Source: Candidatus Ruminococcus avistercoris (GTDB lineage Bacteria > Bacillota > Clostridia > Lachnospirales > Lachnospiraceae). From it: a stretch of DNA of 31,868 nucleotides. A model generated the notes under the pieces. It was not told the origin of the DNA and searched no databases. It saw nothing but the letters and a program-made list of their open reading frames with translations. Shown here piece by piece: positions 15,078 through 23,695 of the stretch; the first letter of the stretch is position 1; each line of letters begins with the position of its first letter. A program made the translations under genes and the position numbers. The stretch lies in assembly GCA_019120315.1 (NCBI GenBank), contig DWVJ01000022.1, positions 1 to 31,868 on the forward strand, given 5' to 3'.

Positions 15078-16019
15078 TTACCGGCTGCACTTAAACAGCA
15101 GATCCTCCCACCGCCGGTCTACTTCCGCCTGGAACTGGGCGATCAGATCCTCATTGCCCGGTTTGAACAGGTGTTTGAACCGTCCCTGTTCCCGCAGGAA
15201 ATCTTCGATGGGCAGCTTCTTTTTCGGCTCATAAGACAGCGTCCATTTCCCGTGATCCACCTCAAACAGCGGCCAGTAGCAGGTTTCCACCGCCAGACGG
15301 CAGATCTTCATGATATCCGGCGTATTATATCTCCACCCTCTGGGGCAGGGCGTCATCACATTGAGGAAACAGGCTCCTTTCGTGTAAATAGCTTTATGAG
15401 CCTTCTCATGAAGGTCTTTGAAATCTCTGGTAAAAGTAGTCTGAGCCACGTAAGGTACATCGTGATCCGCGATGATACTGGCCAGATCTTTGCGGTTCTG
15501 CATTTTCCCGTTGGACTGGCTTCCCACCGGCGTGGTGGTGGTGTCGGCATACATGGGCGTAGCGGAGGAGCGCTGAATTCCCGTATTCATGTAAGCTCCG
15601 TTGTCATAGCAGACATAGACCATGTCATGTCCCCGCTCCATGGCGCCGGACAGCGACTGAAAACCGATATCATACGTACCGCCGTCTCCGCCGAAGGTGA
15701 TGAATTTAAAGGTTTCATCTTCCGGCAGCCGGCCCCTTTTCTTCAGCGCCCGGTACGCCGTCTCCACACCGCTTAACGTGGCTCCCGCATTTTCAAAGGC
15801 ATTGTGGATGTAACTGTCCTCCCAGGCTGTATAAGGATAGGTAAAGGAAGATACTTCCAGGCAGCCGGTGGCATTGCCGATTACAGCACGGTCCTTTTCT
15901 TCCAGCGCCCGCAGCACGGCGCGCACCGCAATGGTGGCTCCGCATCCGGCGCACATTCTATGGCCCGGGGCAAAACGCTCCGGTTTATTCATCATTTCTT
16001 TTAAACTGTAATTACTCAC
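15078..16019 (-). CDS. 2-oxoacid:ferredoxin oxidoreductase, beta (TPP-binding) subunit
   Basis: GHRMCAGCG, FGGDGGTYDIG and a family-typical length. GTG start overlaps the alpha stop (GTGA), with GGAGG 7 nt upstream. Confidence 0.9.
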   Translation of the reverse strand: MSNYSLKEMMNKPERFAPGHRMCAGCGATIAVRAVLRALEEKDRAVIGNATGCLEVSSFTYPYTAWEDSYIHNAFENAGATLSGVETAYRALKKRGRLPEDETFKFITFGGDGGTYDIGFQSLSGAMERGHDMVYVCYDNGAYMNTGIQRSSATPMYADTTTTPVGSQSNGKMQNRKDLASIIADHDVPYVAQTTFTRDFKDLHEKAHKAIYTKGACFLNVMTPCPRGWRYNTPDIMKICRLAVETCYWPLFEVDHGKWTLSYEPKKKLPIEDFLREQGRFKHLFKPGNEDLIAQFQAEVDRRWEDLLFKCSR

Positions 16020-17212
16020 TGTGCGCCTCCTGTTTTCCGTAATCCGATATACTGATACTGTTCTGCTTCCTTTCCGTTTTCCACCAGATCCTCCAGCTGG
16101 GAAAATACATCGTAAACCTCATTGACGGTAAAATCTCTGCCAGCCAGGCCATAGATATAATTTACCGTCTCAATCATGACTTTGCTCCGGTACAGACCGG
16201 CCGTCACCTCGCTTCCCAGCGGACCGCCGTTTCCGTTGTAGCTTTCGCATCGATCCATGATGGCCGCAGCCTTGCAGTTTTTCAAGGCCTGCGCCAGTTC
16301 CTGCGCCGGGAAAGGACGGAATACCCGCAGCTTGATCACTCCCACTTTTTTTCCCTGAAGGCGCAGATCATCCACCGCCTGTTTGGCAGTTCCCGCAGCC
16401 GACCCCATAATCAGCATGATATAGTCGGCATCCTCTGTGCGGTATTCTTCAAACAGACCGTACTTTCTGCCGGAGATTTTTTCAAACTCTTTCGCCACCT
16501 GAAGAATCACCTCTTTGGAGCGTTCCAGCGCCAGTTCCTGGTTTTTCTTGGCTTCCATGGCGTAGGCTGTCACAGAATAGGGTCCCACGGCAATGGGTTT
16601 TCCAGGGTTGAGCAGATATTCCTCCGGTTCATATTCCCCGACAAAATCCTTCACCACATCATCCTCCAGCAGCTCGATATTTTCCACCGCATGGCTGGTG
16701 ATAAACCCGTCCTGGCATACCATCACCGGCAGATGTACATCGCTATGTTCCGCAATGGGATAGGCTTGAAGGAAATTATCGTAGGCCTCCTGATTATTTT
16801 CCGCATAAATCTGGATCCAGCCCGTATCTCTGGCGCCCATGCCGTCAGAGTGGTCACAGTTGATATTGATCGGACCGGACAGCGTCCTGTTTACCAATGT
16901 CAGCACCAAAGGCATCCGGTTGGACGCCGCCAGCAGCAGCTCCTCCCACATCAGCGCCAAACCTGCCGATGAAGTGGCTGTCAGACTCCTGGCCCCGGCC
17001 GCTTCCGCTCCGATGGCCGCGCTCATGGAAGAATGTTCGCTTTCCACCGGGATAAATTCTGTATCGATTTCCCCGTTGGCGATATAGGTGGATACCATCT
17101 GGGGAATCTCCGTAGAAGGAGTAATGGGAAACGCCGGCATGACATCCGGGTTCACCTGGCGGATTCCGTAGGCGACCGCCTCATTTCCTGACATACGTTC
17201 TCTGATTGCCAT
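16016..17212 (-). CDS. 2-oxoacid:ferredoxin oxidoreductase, alpha subunit
   Basis: MSGNEAVAYG...FPITPSTEI...ESEHSSMSAAIGA...TATSSAGLALM is the POR/VOR alpha signature. Confidence 0.92.
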   Translation of the reverse strand: MAIRERMSGNEAVAYGIRQVNPDVMPAFPITPSTEIPQMVSTYIANGEIDTEFIPVESEHSSMSAAIGAEAAGARSLTATSSAGLALMWEELLLAASNRMPLVLTLVNRTLSGPININCDHSDGMGARDTGWIQIYAENNQEAYDNFLQAYPIAEHSDVHLPVMVCQDGFITSHAVENIELLEDDVVKDFVGEYEPEEYLLNPGKPIAVGPYSVTAYAMEAKKNQELALERSKEVILQVAKEFEKISGRKYGLFEEYRTEDADYIMLIMGSAAGTAKQAVDDLRLQGKKVGVIKLRVFRPFPAQELAQALKNCKAAAIMDRCESYNGNGGPLGSEVTAGLYRSKVMIETVNYIYGLAGRDFTVNEVYDVFSQLEDLVENGKEAEQYQYIGLRKTGGAQ

Positions 17213-17214
17213 CT

Positions 17215-17517
17215 TTATCTCCCCTCCTTCATTTCTATCGCGTCAAAGGGACAGACTGCAGCGCAGATACCGCATCCCTTGCAGTGATCATAGTCAAAAT
17301 CTCCTCTTTCCCCATCCGTTACCGGAATACTGGAATCAGGACAGACCGGCGCGCACAGCAGACACTGTCTGCACAGATCCTCATGAAGCACCGGCGTACT
17401 GGTTCTCCACTCTCCCGTTTCAAAATATCTGGATGTTCCCCCCGCAAACATTATCAGCCCTTCGGTCAGTTCCTGGTGGGGAGTCTGTTCGTTTATCTTC
17501 TGTACGTCTGTTCTCAT
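17215..17517 (-). CDS. 2-oxoacid:ferredoxin oxidoreductase, delta (2x[4Fe-4S] ferredoxin) subunit
   Basis: CRQCLLCAPVCP and CKGCGICAAVCP motifs. Its start forms an ATGA overlap with the gamma stop. Confidence 0.9.
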   Translation of the reverse strand: MRTDVQKINEQTPHQELTEGLIMFAGGTSRYFETGEWRTSTPVLHEDLCRQCLLCAPVCPDSSIPVTDGERGDFDYDHCKGCGICAAVCPFDAIEMKEGR

Positions 17518-18104
17518 GCCGCCACATCCTCCATCACACGGAAGGTCATCTTTAAGGCCTTCATATTTCCTTCAATGACTTCCGGTTTTTTAGCGAATTT
17601 ATGATGATAGGAAGCTTCCATATCCGCTATAAATTCTTCCTTTTCCATCACCCCGCTGACCGCCACAGCCGCCGCCAGCATAGGAGAATTGGGGAAATAT
17701 TTTCCCAGACATTCCAGGGAAATTTTTCTTGCGTCGATGGTGTAGATTTTCCCCTGCCACCCTTTGAGCAAAGTCCTGACTTCTCCTTCTGTCATGGAGG
17801 TGTTGACCAGCACAGCCCCCTCTTCTTTTAAGCCCGCCGTCACGTCCACCGTATGTAATAACGTCTCATCGACCACTACCACCAGATCCGGCGTGTAAAT
17901 ATTGGAATGTACACGGATCGGGTTTTCGCTGATCCTGTTGAAAGCCGTGATGGGAGCGCCCATCCGTTCCGGTCCGTATTCCGGAAATCCCTGTACGTAC
18001 TTCCCGGTTTTAAAGGCCACATCCGCCAGCAAAAGCGCCGCTGTCTTGGCCCCCTGACCGCCGCGGCCATGCCATCTGATTTCGTATCCACTGCTCATCA
18101 TCAT
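17514..18104 (-). CDS. 2-oxoacid:ferredoxin oxidoreductase, gamma subunit
   Basis: WHGRGGQGAKTAALLLA motif. Three consecutive ATGs lie at 18096-18104; RBS GGGAGAG spacing favours the third (18098). Confidence 0.9.
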   Translation of the reverse strand: MMMSSGYEIRWHGRGGQGAKTAALLLADVAFKTGKYVQGFPEYGPERMGAPITAFNRISENPIRVHSNIYTPDLVVVVDETLLHTVDVTAGLKEEGAVLVNTSMTEGEVRTLLKGWQGKIYTIDARKISLECLGKYFPNSPMLAAAVAVSGVMEKEEFIADMEASYHHKFAKKPEVIEGNMKALKMTFRVMEDVAA

Positions 18105-18165
18105 CTCTCCCTTACCTTTATGTATTATTATTCATCTTTATCATTTATTTTTTTCAACAAATTTT

Positions 18166-18194
18166 ATTATACGTACAGATTTCATCAATGTAAA
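18166..18194 (-). promoter_or_regulatory. Sigma-A promoter of the oxidoreductase operon
   Basis: Minus strand reads TTTACA (18189-18194), a 17-nt spacer, then TATAAT (18166-18171). The AT-rich leader is about 55-60 nt. Confidence 0.65.
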
Positions 18195-18219
18195 GTGAAA
18201 GTGTGAGCACTTTTCATTT

Positions 18220-18232
18220 TATTCATGAATTA
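18220..18232. promoter_or_regulatory. T-N11-A dyad (core ATTCATGAAT), candidate LysR-type binding site
   Basis: A perfect 10-bp palindrome at 18221-18230 is flanked by T (18220) and A (18232). It is centred about 66 nt upstream of the predicted TSS, the classical LTTR position. Confidence 0.35.
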
Positions 18233-18245
18233 TTTTCATCTTACA

Positions 18246-18282
18246 ACCCAAAAGAACGCCGTCTTTACTCCCGAAAGACGGC
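18246..18282 (-). terminator. Rho-independent terminator of the tetR-GH13-glgB-nitrilase operon
   Basis: GCCGTCTTT (18258-18266) pairs with AAAGACGGC (18274-18282). The minus-strand tail is GTTCTTTTGGGTT. The stem overlaps the last codons and the stop. Confidence 0.7.
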
Positions 18283-19107
18283 TATTCTTTCACTATTCAA
18301 CTGATAGATATCATCACGGATATTCCGCAGGGAAGGAATCTGTCTTCTGGCCTTTGCCATTTCTTTCGGATCCACCTGACCGATCACGCATTCTTCCTGT
18401 GCCCCTCCCCGGGCCAGCACTTCTCCCCAGGGGCTGATAATCATGGAATGTCCATAAGCGGTAAAAGCCGGTTTCTCTCCGCACTGACAGCAGGCCAGCA
18501 CGTAGCAGGTATTTTCAATGGCCCTGGCACGAAGCAGCGTCTCCCAATGCTTCTCCCCTGTGGCGCGGGTAAAGTTGGCCGCCACGATCAGTATCCGGGC
18601 TCCATTTCGGCTTTGAATCCGATACAATTCCGGAAAGCGCAGATCATAACAGATGGACAGCCCGAAAGAATCCAGACCGGTGTTGACCAGCACGATTTCT
18701 TCCCCGGGACAGATGTCATCTGATTCCCGGTAAACCGGCCCGTTTTCCACCTCCACGTCAAACATGTGCAGTTTTCGGTATTTTCCGATCAGCTCTCCGC
18801 CCGGCCCATACATCAGACTGGTGTTAAAGGGCCTTCCTGCCGGGTTTCTTTCTGTAATGCTTCCCCCATGGATATACATCCCGTATTTTTTCGCCTGAAA
18901 GGAGAAAAATTCCCCCCATGCTCCCGGGATCTCTTCCGCATGAGCTCTCATATCTGTTCCGATATAATCCACCGTTTCCGGAAACACCGCCAGGCAGGCG
19001 CCTTCGCCGGCCGCCTGCCTGATAAAATACTCTGCCTTTCGCATATTTTCTTTTTTGTCACAGCCGCTGTCCATCTGGATCAGCGCCGCCTTCCAGGGTT
19101 CTTCCAT
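18265..19107 (-). CDS. Carbon-nitrogen hydrolase (nitrilase superfamily) protein
   Basis: Glu-Lys-Cys triad context: LAVFPE, YRKLHMFD and GLSICYDLRFPE. Confidence 0.88.
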   Translation of the reverse strand: MEEPWKAALIQMDSGCDKKENMRKAEYFIRQAAGEGACLAVFPETVDYIGTDMRAHAEEIPGAWGEFFSFQAKKYGMYIHGGSITERNPAGRPFNTSLMYGPGGELIGKYRKLHMFDVEVENGPVYRESDDICPGEEIVLVNTGLDSFGLSICYDLRFPELYRIQSRNGARILIVAANFTRATGEKHWETLLRARAIENTCYVLACCQCGEKPAFTAYGHSMIISPWGEVLARGGAQEECVIGQVDPKEMAKARRQIPSLRNIRDDIYQLNSERIAVFRE

Positions 19108-19125
19108 ATCCCACTACTCTCCCTG

Positions 19126-21027
19126 TCAATACACAAACACAGCCACGCCATAAGGCGGAAGCTTATATCCAAAGGAATAACTTCTGTTATCACACGGTTT
19201 TTTCTCCGCCGTATACTCTGTTTTGCGGATCGTCGTCTTTCCGCCGTACTTGGGATCCGCGCTGTTCAGAATCAGTCTGTATTTTTTCTTTTTCGGCACG
19301 CCCACCCGATAATCCGGCCGCGCCATTGGTGTGAAATTGCAGACAAACAACAGGTTATTTCTGCCTGTAGGTGATTTTCTTACAAAGCTGAAGATACTGC
19401 GGTCAGCATCGTCCGCATTGATCCATTCGAATCCTTCCGTGTTCCTGTCCATGGCATACAGCGCCGGATATTTTTTATACATCATCAGCAGCTCGCTGAC
19501 ATAAGACTGAAGCTTTTGATGTTTCTCTTCCCGCAGCAGATACCAGTCCAGCTCCCTTTCTTCACTCCACTCTCTTAGCTGTCCGAACTCCTGTCCCATG
19601 AACAGCAGTTTCTTGCCGGGATGGCCGAACATGAAAGAATATCCCGCCTTCAGGTTCTCAAACTTATCGTCAAAATATCCCGGCATTTTTTCCAGCATGG
19701 AACATTTCAGATGTACCACTTCATCGTGGGAAAGCACCAGAATATAATTCTCACTGTAGGCATAGGTCATGGAGAAGGTCATTTTGTTGTGATTGTATTT
19801 CCGGAAATAGGGATCCAGCTTCATATATTCCAGAAAATCATGCATCCAACCCATGTTCCACTTAAGGCTGAAATTCAGACCGTCCTCTTCCACCGGACCC
19901 GTCACTTTCGGCCAGGCTGTGGATTCCTCAGCGATCATCACCGTCCCTTTATTTCTGCCCAGCACTACGGTATTCAGGTGCTTGAAGAATTCGATGGCCT
20001 CCAGATTTTCATTTCCGCCGTATTTATTTGCCACCCATTGTCCGTCCTGTTTGCCATAATCCAGATAAAGCATGGAGGCCACCGCATCCACACGCAGACC
20101 GTCCACATGGAAATGTTCCACCCAGTACAAAGCGTTGCCGATGAGGAAATTTTTCACCTCGTTCCTGCCGTAATTAAAAATTTTCGTTCCCCAGTCAGGA
20201 TGTTCTCCCTGCCGGGGATCCGCATGTTCATAGACAGCCGTGCCGTCAAACATTGCCAGGCCGTGGGCATCTTTGGGGAAATGCGCCGGTACCCAGTCTA
20301 AAATGACGCCGATTTTATTTTTATGCAGATAGTTTACCAGATACTGGAACTCCGCCGGAGAACCATAGCGCGAAGTGGGCGCATAATACCCTGTCACCTG
20401 ATATCCCCAGGAGCCGTCAAAGGGATGTTCCGCAATTCCCATCAGCTCCACATGGGTATATCCCATCTTTTTCACATAATCCGCCAGGGCATGGGCAAAC
20501 TGCTTGTACGTATAGAATCCCTTTTCATTCTCCTCTGTAGCCGGGTGCTTCATCCAGGAACCGGGATGCACTTCATAGATGGACATAGCTCCGTCTCTTG
20601 GGTCATGCTGCGCCCGGTTTTTCATCCATATGCCATCGCTCCAGTGAAAATTGGAAATATCGGCAATGCGGGAGGCCGTCCCGGGCCGCAGTTCCGCCCA
20701 GTTGCCGTAAGGATCCGACTTGTAAAGTCCCTCTCCATCCTGCGTGGTAATATAAAACTTATAGAGCTGTCCCACTTGCGCATCCGGCACAAAACATTCG
20801 AAAACGCCGATTTCACCCACCTTCGTCATGGGATCGGCATCCTCCTCCCAGTCATTAAACTCCCCTATGACAGAAACGCCCTTTGCATTGGGCGCCCATA
20901 CGGCAAAATAAACCCCTTTATGTCCGTCCAAAGTCATGGGATGGGCGCCCATTTTTTTATAGATATCATAGTGAGTGCCCTGTCCGAACAGATACTGATC
21001 CAGTTCACCGAATATCACTTTTTCCAT
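19126..21027 (-). CDS. glgB: 1,4-alpha-glucan branching enzyme
   Basis: GH13 regions DWVPAHF, GLRVDAVASM, IAEESTAW and LSHDEVVH, plus an N-terminal CBM48-like region. Length is 633 aa. Confidence 0.96.
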   Translation of the reverse strand: MEKVIFGELDQYLFGQGTHYDIYKKMGAHPMTLDGHKGVYFAVWAPNAKGVSVIGEFNDWEEDADPMTKVGEIGVFECFVPDAQVGQLYKFYITTQDGEGLYKSDPYGNWAELRPGTASRIADISNFHWSDGIWMKNRAQHDPRDGAMSIYEVHPGSWMKHPATEENEKGFYTYKQFAHALADYVKKMGYTHVELMGIAEHPFDGSWGYQVTGYYAPTSRYGSPAEFQYLVNYLHKNKIGVILDWVPAHFPKDAHGLAMFDGTAVYEHADPRQGEHPDWGTKIFNYGRNEVKNFLIGNALYWVEHFHVDGLRVDAVASMLYLDYGKQDGQWVANKYGGNENLEAIEFFKHLNTVVLGRNKGTVMIAEESTAWPKVTGPVEEDGLNFSLKWNMGWMHDFLEYMKLDPYFRKYNHNKMTFSMTYAYSENYILVLSHDEVVHLKCSMLEKMPGYFDDKFENLKAGYSFMFGHPGKKLLFMGQEFGQLREWSEERELDWYLLREEKHQKLQSYVSELLMMYKKYPALYAMDRNTEGFEWINADDADRSIFSFVRKSPTGRNNLLFVCNFTPMARPDYRVGVPKKKKYRLILNSADPKYGGKTTIRKTEYTAEKKPCDNRSYSFGYKLPPYGVAVFVY

Positions 21028-21031
21028 ACCT

Positions 21032-22402
21032 TCATACCTCCTGTGCCGGCGTACATAAAACCGCGCAGCCGTATTTTTTCAGTTCGATGGTCACAAGACC
21101 CTGATCATCACTGTATTTTTCTCCGGAAACCTCATCCAGATATTCTTTTCCCCCCACCGGAAGAGCAAATGTAACCGACGCCGGGTTTTCATCATTATTT
21201 ACCGCTGCCACCACTGCCTGATCCCCCAGAATCCGTGCAAAAACATACTGGCGGTTAGTAAGCAGCAATTCCCGGTATTCCCCGTATACGCAGGCCGGAT
21301 ATTTACCGTGGATCTGTCCCAGTCTGCGGATCCATTCCATCAGATCAGGATGGGGATTATCCGCCAGCGTCTCCTCTAAGTTCACCGCCGGCCGCATGCC
21401 GTCGTCATTGGGCCCGACTTTTACCCCTTCGATCCCCCATTCCGATCCATAGTAAACAGAAGGGATACCAGGCAGCAGATACAAAAGCGCATAAACAGAA
21501 AAACTGTGCTCCCAGATATTCAGCTTGCTGGCCAGCCGGTCCACATCGTGATTGTCCACAAAGGAGTACAGACGCATTCCTCTGTAGATTCCGCCGTTTT
21601 GATCAAACTGGCGGCGAATAGTGTGGGCGATTTCAAAATAATTATGATCATTGTGACCGGAATACAACCCTTTATGAAGCTCGTAATTGGTTACGCTGTG
21701 CAGCATCTTCTGTCCATCCTGGATATAGCGGGAATAATCTCCGTGAATCACCTCGCCCATCAGCCAGAAATCCTCTTTCCATTCCGAAGTACGGCGCCGC
21801 ATTTCTTCCATGAAATAAAAATCCAGACAGTCCGCGCTGTCCAGACGGATGCCGTCGATGTCAAACTCTGTGATCCAAAAACGGATCACATCCATCAGAT
21901 ACTCTTTCACCTCTTCGTTCTGGAGATTTAAGTTAACCAGCTCAAAGCATCCTCTCCAGGCCTCATAGGAAAATCCGTCATTGTACGGCGTGTTTCCGCC
22001 AAACCACAGTCCTTTATACCAGCCGCAATAACGGGAATTCTCCCTGTTTTTCTGAATATCCTGGAAAGCAAAAAATTCTCTTCCCGTATGGTTGAACACG
22101 CCGTCCACCACCACTTTGATATTTCTTTCATGTGCTTTTTCTACAAAACATTTAAAATCATCGTTGTCACCCAACCGGCGGTCTGTCCGTTTATAATCTT
22201 TTGTATCGTAACCGTGAGTGGAAGATTCAAACAGCGGCCCGATGTAGACGGCTGAAAATCCCATATCCTTCATATGATCCAGCCAGGGATACAGCTGCTC
22301 AAAACGGTGAACCGTTCCTTCTTCCTGATTCATCTTTGGCGCTCCCGTCATCCCCAGCGGATACATGTGATAAAATACTGCTTCTTCATACCATTTTCCC
22401 AT
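21032..22402 (-). CDS. Cytoplasmic GH13 alpha-amylase-family glycosidase
   Basis: Regions DGVFNHTG, GIRLDSADCL, WLMGEVIHG and FVDNHDVDR, with no signal peptide. Confidence 0.9.
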   Translation of the reverse strand: MGKWYEEAVFYHMYPLGMTGAPKMNQEEGTVHRFEQLYPWLDHMKDMGFSAVYIGPLFESSTHGYDTKDYKRTDRRLGDNDDFKCFVEKAHERNIKVVVDGVFNHTGREFFAFQDIQKNRENSRYCGWYKGLWFGGNTPYNDGFSYEAWRGCFELVNLNLQNEEVKEYLMDVIRFWITEFDIDGIRLDSADCLDFYFMEEMRRRTSEWKEDFWLMGEVIHGDYSRYIQDGQKMLHSVTNYELHKGLYSGHNDHNYFEIAHTIRRQFDQNGGIYRGMRLYSFVDNHDVDRLASKLNIWEHSFSVYALLYLLPGIPSVYYGSEWGIEGVKVGPNDDGMRPAVNLEETLADNPHPDLMEWIRRLGQIHGKYPACVYGEYRELLLTNRQYVFARILGDQAVVAAVNNDENPASVTFALPVGGKEYLDEVSGEKYSDDQGLVTIELKKYGCAVLCTPAQEV

Positions 22403-22420
22403 AAGAATACTACCCCTTTT

Positions 22421-23002
22421 CTATGAATATATACCATACATAAACTGATGAACAATCCCGTAAGTCTGTTCATCAGAAATTTCCACACTTTTATCCTCCG
22501 GACCGTCCCGCAGGCACATCATCAGATAATGATCCAGCGCTCCGATAAATCCTACGGCAAACTGCCGCTGCCTTCCGTGCATATTTCCCAGCTCATTGGC
22601 AGCATCTTCAAAAACCTGCACAATCCGGTTATAATATTTCTGAATCATCGGAAAGACTGTCTGAAATCCTTCGCTTTCCCTCCCGGAATAAAACAGCGCC
22701 AGCATCAAAAGATAACACTTCCGATAACGAACCGCATAATCAAAATATGCTCTTGCAATCTGAAACAGCCGCTCCGGAACATGTCCCTGAAAAGAAACCG
22801 CCCTGTCCAGCAACTCATCCAGGATCTGGTAATAATTATTCAGAACCTGCTGCAGCAGACCCTTTTTACTTCCAAAATAGTAATACAGCGTCGGTTTTGT
22901 AATCCCTGCTGCGTCCGCAATTTCCTGGACCCCCACGCCATCGTACCCTCTGGCATAAAACAGATCCAGGGCACACGTCATAATTGTCTCTTTATTATCC
23001 AT
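22421..23002 (-). CDS. TetR/AcrR-family transcriptional regulator
   Basis: N-terminal HTH ALDLFYARGYDGVGVQEIADAAGITKPTLYYYFGSKKGL. Confidence 0.92.
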   Translation of the reverse strand: MDNKETIMTCALDLFYARGYDGVGVQEIADAAGITKPTLYYYFGSKKGLLQQVLNNYYQILDELLDRAVSFQGHVPERLFQIARAYFDYAVRYRKCYLLMLALFYSGRESEGFQTVFPMIQKYYNRIVQVFEDAANELGNMHGRQRQFAVGFIGALDHYLMMCLRDGPEDKSVEISDEQTYGIVHQFMYGIYS

Positions 23003-23020
23003 ATTCTGCTCCTTTTTCCT

Positions 23021-23049
23021 ATTATACCAATCGGTATAGGCGCTGTCAA
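23021..23049 (-). promoter_or_regulatory. Consensus sigma-A promoter of tetR with an embedded palindrome (probable operator)
   Basis: Minus strand reads TTGACA (23044-23049), a 17-nt spacer, then TATAAT (23021-23026). The palindrome TATACC-GATT-GGTATA (23023-23038) spans the spacer and the -10. Confidence 0.65.
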
Positions 23050-23087
23050 ATAAAATCCCTCAAAGTCAAAAAGCTTTGAGGGATTTT
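23050..23087 (-). terminator. Rho-independent terminator after the small membrane protein gene
   Basis: A 14-bp stem pairs AAAATCCCTCAAAG with CTTTGAGGGATTTT around an 8-nt loop, followed by a U-rich tail. Confidence 0.8.
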
Positions 23088-23101
23088 ATTCTTACCATTT
23101 T

Positions 23102-23560
23102 TTAATAATCATTACTGTAACGAACCGCATCCTTATTCTGTTTTGCGCCGACTGTATAGAAAATGGCAATGATCAGCGCGATAACGGGAGAAATCAGTGA
23201 AGTAACTTCTCCGCCGCCTGCCACAGCGAGTATTCCAGACAAAAGGCTGAAGCCGCAAAATACGATGGTAATAATACCCAACACAAAGTTCACGCCGCAT
23301 TTCTCCGGCTTATTGCTGTTTTTTACACCCAGGATCCCAACGATCAGGCTGTAAGCTGCTGACACAATAATTACGATCCCCACTATACCGGCGATAATAC
23401 CCAAAACAGAGCCGACAGAACTGTCCACCCCGTCTACAGACAGGAACATCGTTCCTCCCGCCAGCGCCAGCAGACCGAGCAGAATCGTAATGGCTGCCTG
23501 AATAATATACAGGATTCCGGTTACCTTCAGTTTCAGTCTTCCAGGTGCATTATTTTCCAT
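23102..23560 (-). CDS. Small polytopic membrane protein (152 aa, about 4 TM), function unknown
   Basis: Hydrophobic segments ILYIIQAAITILLGLLALAGG, VLGIIAGIVGIVIIVSAAYSLIVGILGV, FVLGIITIVFCGFSLLSGILAVA and ISPVIALIIAIFYTV. Start set at ATG 23560, 8 nt after GGAGGG. Confidence 0.7.
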   Translation of the reverse strand: MENNAPGRLKLKVTGILYIIQAAITILLGLLALAGGTMFLSVDGVDSSVGSVLGIIAGIVGIVIIVSAAYSLIVGILGVKNSNKPEKCGVNFVLGIITIVFCGFSLLSGILAVAGGGEVTSLISPVIALIIAIFYTVGAKQNKDAVRYSNDY

Positions 23561-23582
23561 AATCATTCCCTCCTCATGTGTA

Positions 23583-23603
23583 TGAATCAGAACGTCTGAT
23601 TCA
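23583..23603. promoter_or_regulatory. Perfect 9-3-9 inverted repeat in the leader of the membrane protein gene
   Basis: TGAATCAGA-ACG-TCTGATTCA lies between the predicted -10 (23622-23627) and the RBS. Confidence 0.4.
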
Positions 23604-23621
23604 ATAGTATTTCTCGCCACC

Positions 23622-23650
23622 ATTATGACGGAAACTGTCATCTTTGTCAA
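23622..23650 (-). promoter_or_regulatory. Sigma-A promoter of the membrane protein gene
   Basis: Minus strand reads TTGACA (23645-23650), a 17-nt spacer, then CATAAT (23622-23627). Confidence 0.6.
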
Positions 23651-23685
23651 GAAAAAAGGACATCGATCCTCTCGGATCGATGCCC
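23651..23685 (-). terminator. Rho-independent terminator of the rubrerythrin gene
   Basis: Minus-strand RNA reads GGGCATCGATCC-GAGA-GGATCGATGTCC followed by TTTTTTC. Confidence 0.85.
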
Positions 23686-23695
23686 GCATTTTTTA

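Noticed and set aside
23583-23603. The inverted repeat TGAATCAGAACGTCTGATTCA as a CcpA cre site
   Set aside because: Its length and spacing (9-3-9) do not fit the 14-bp cre consensus TGWAANCGNTNWCA.
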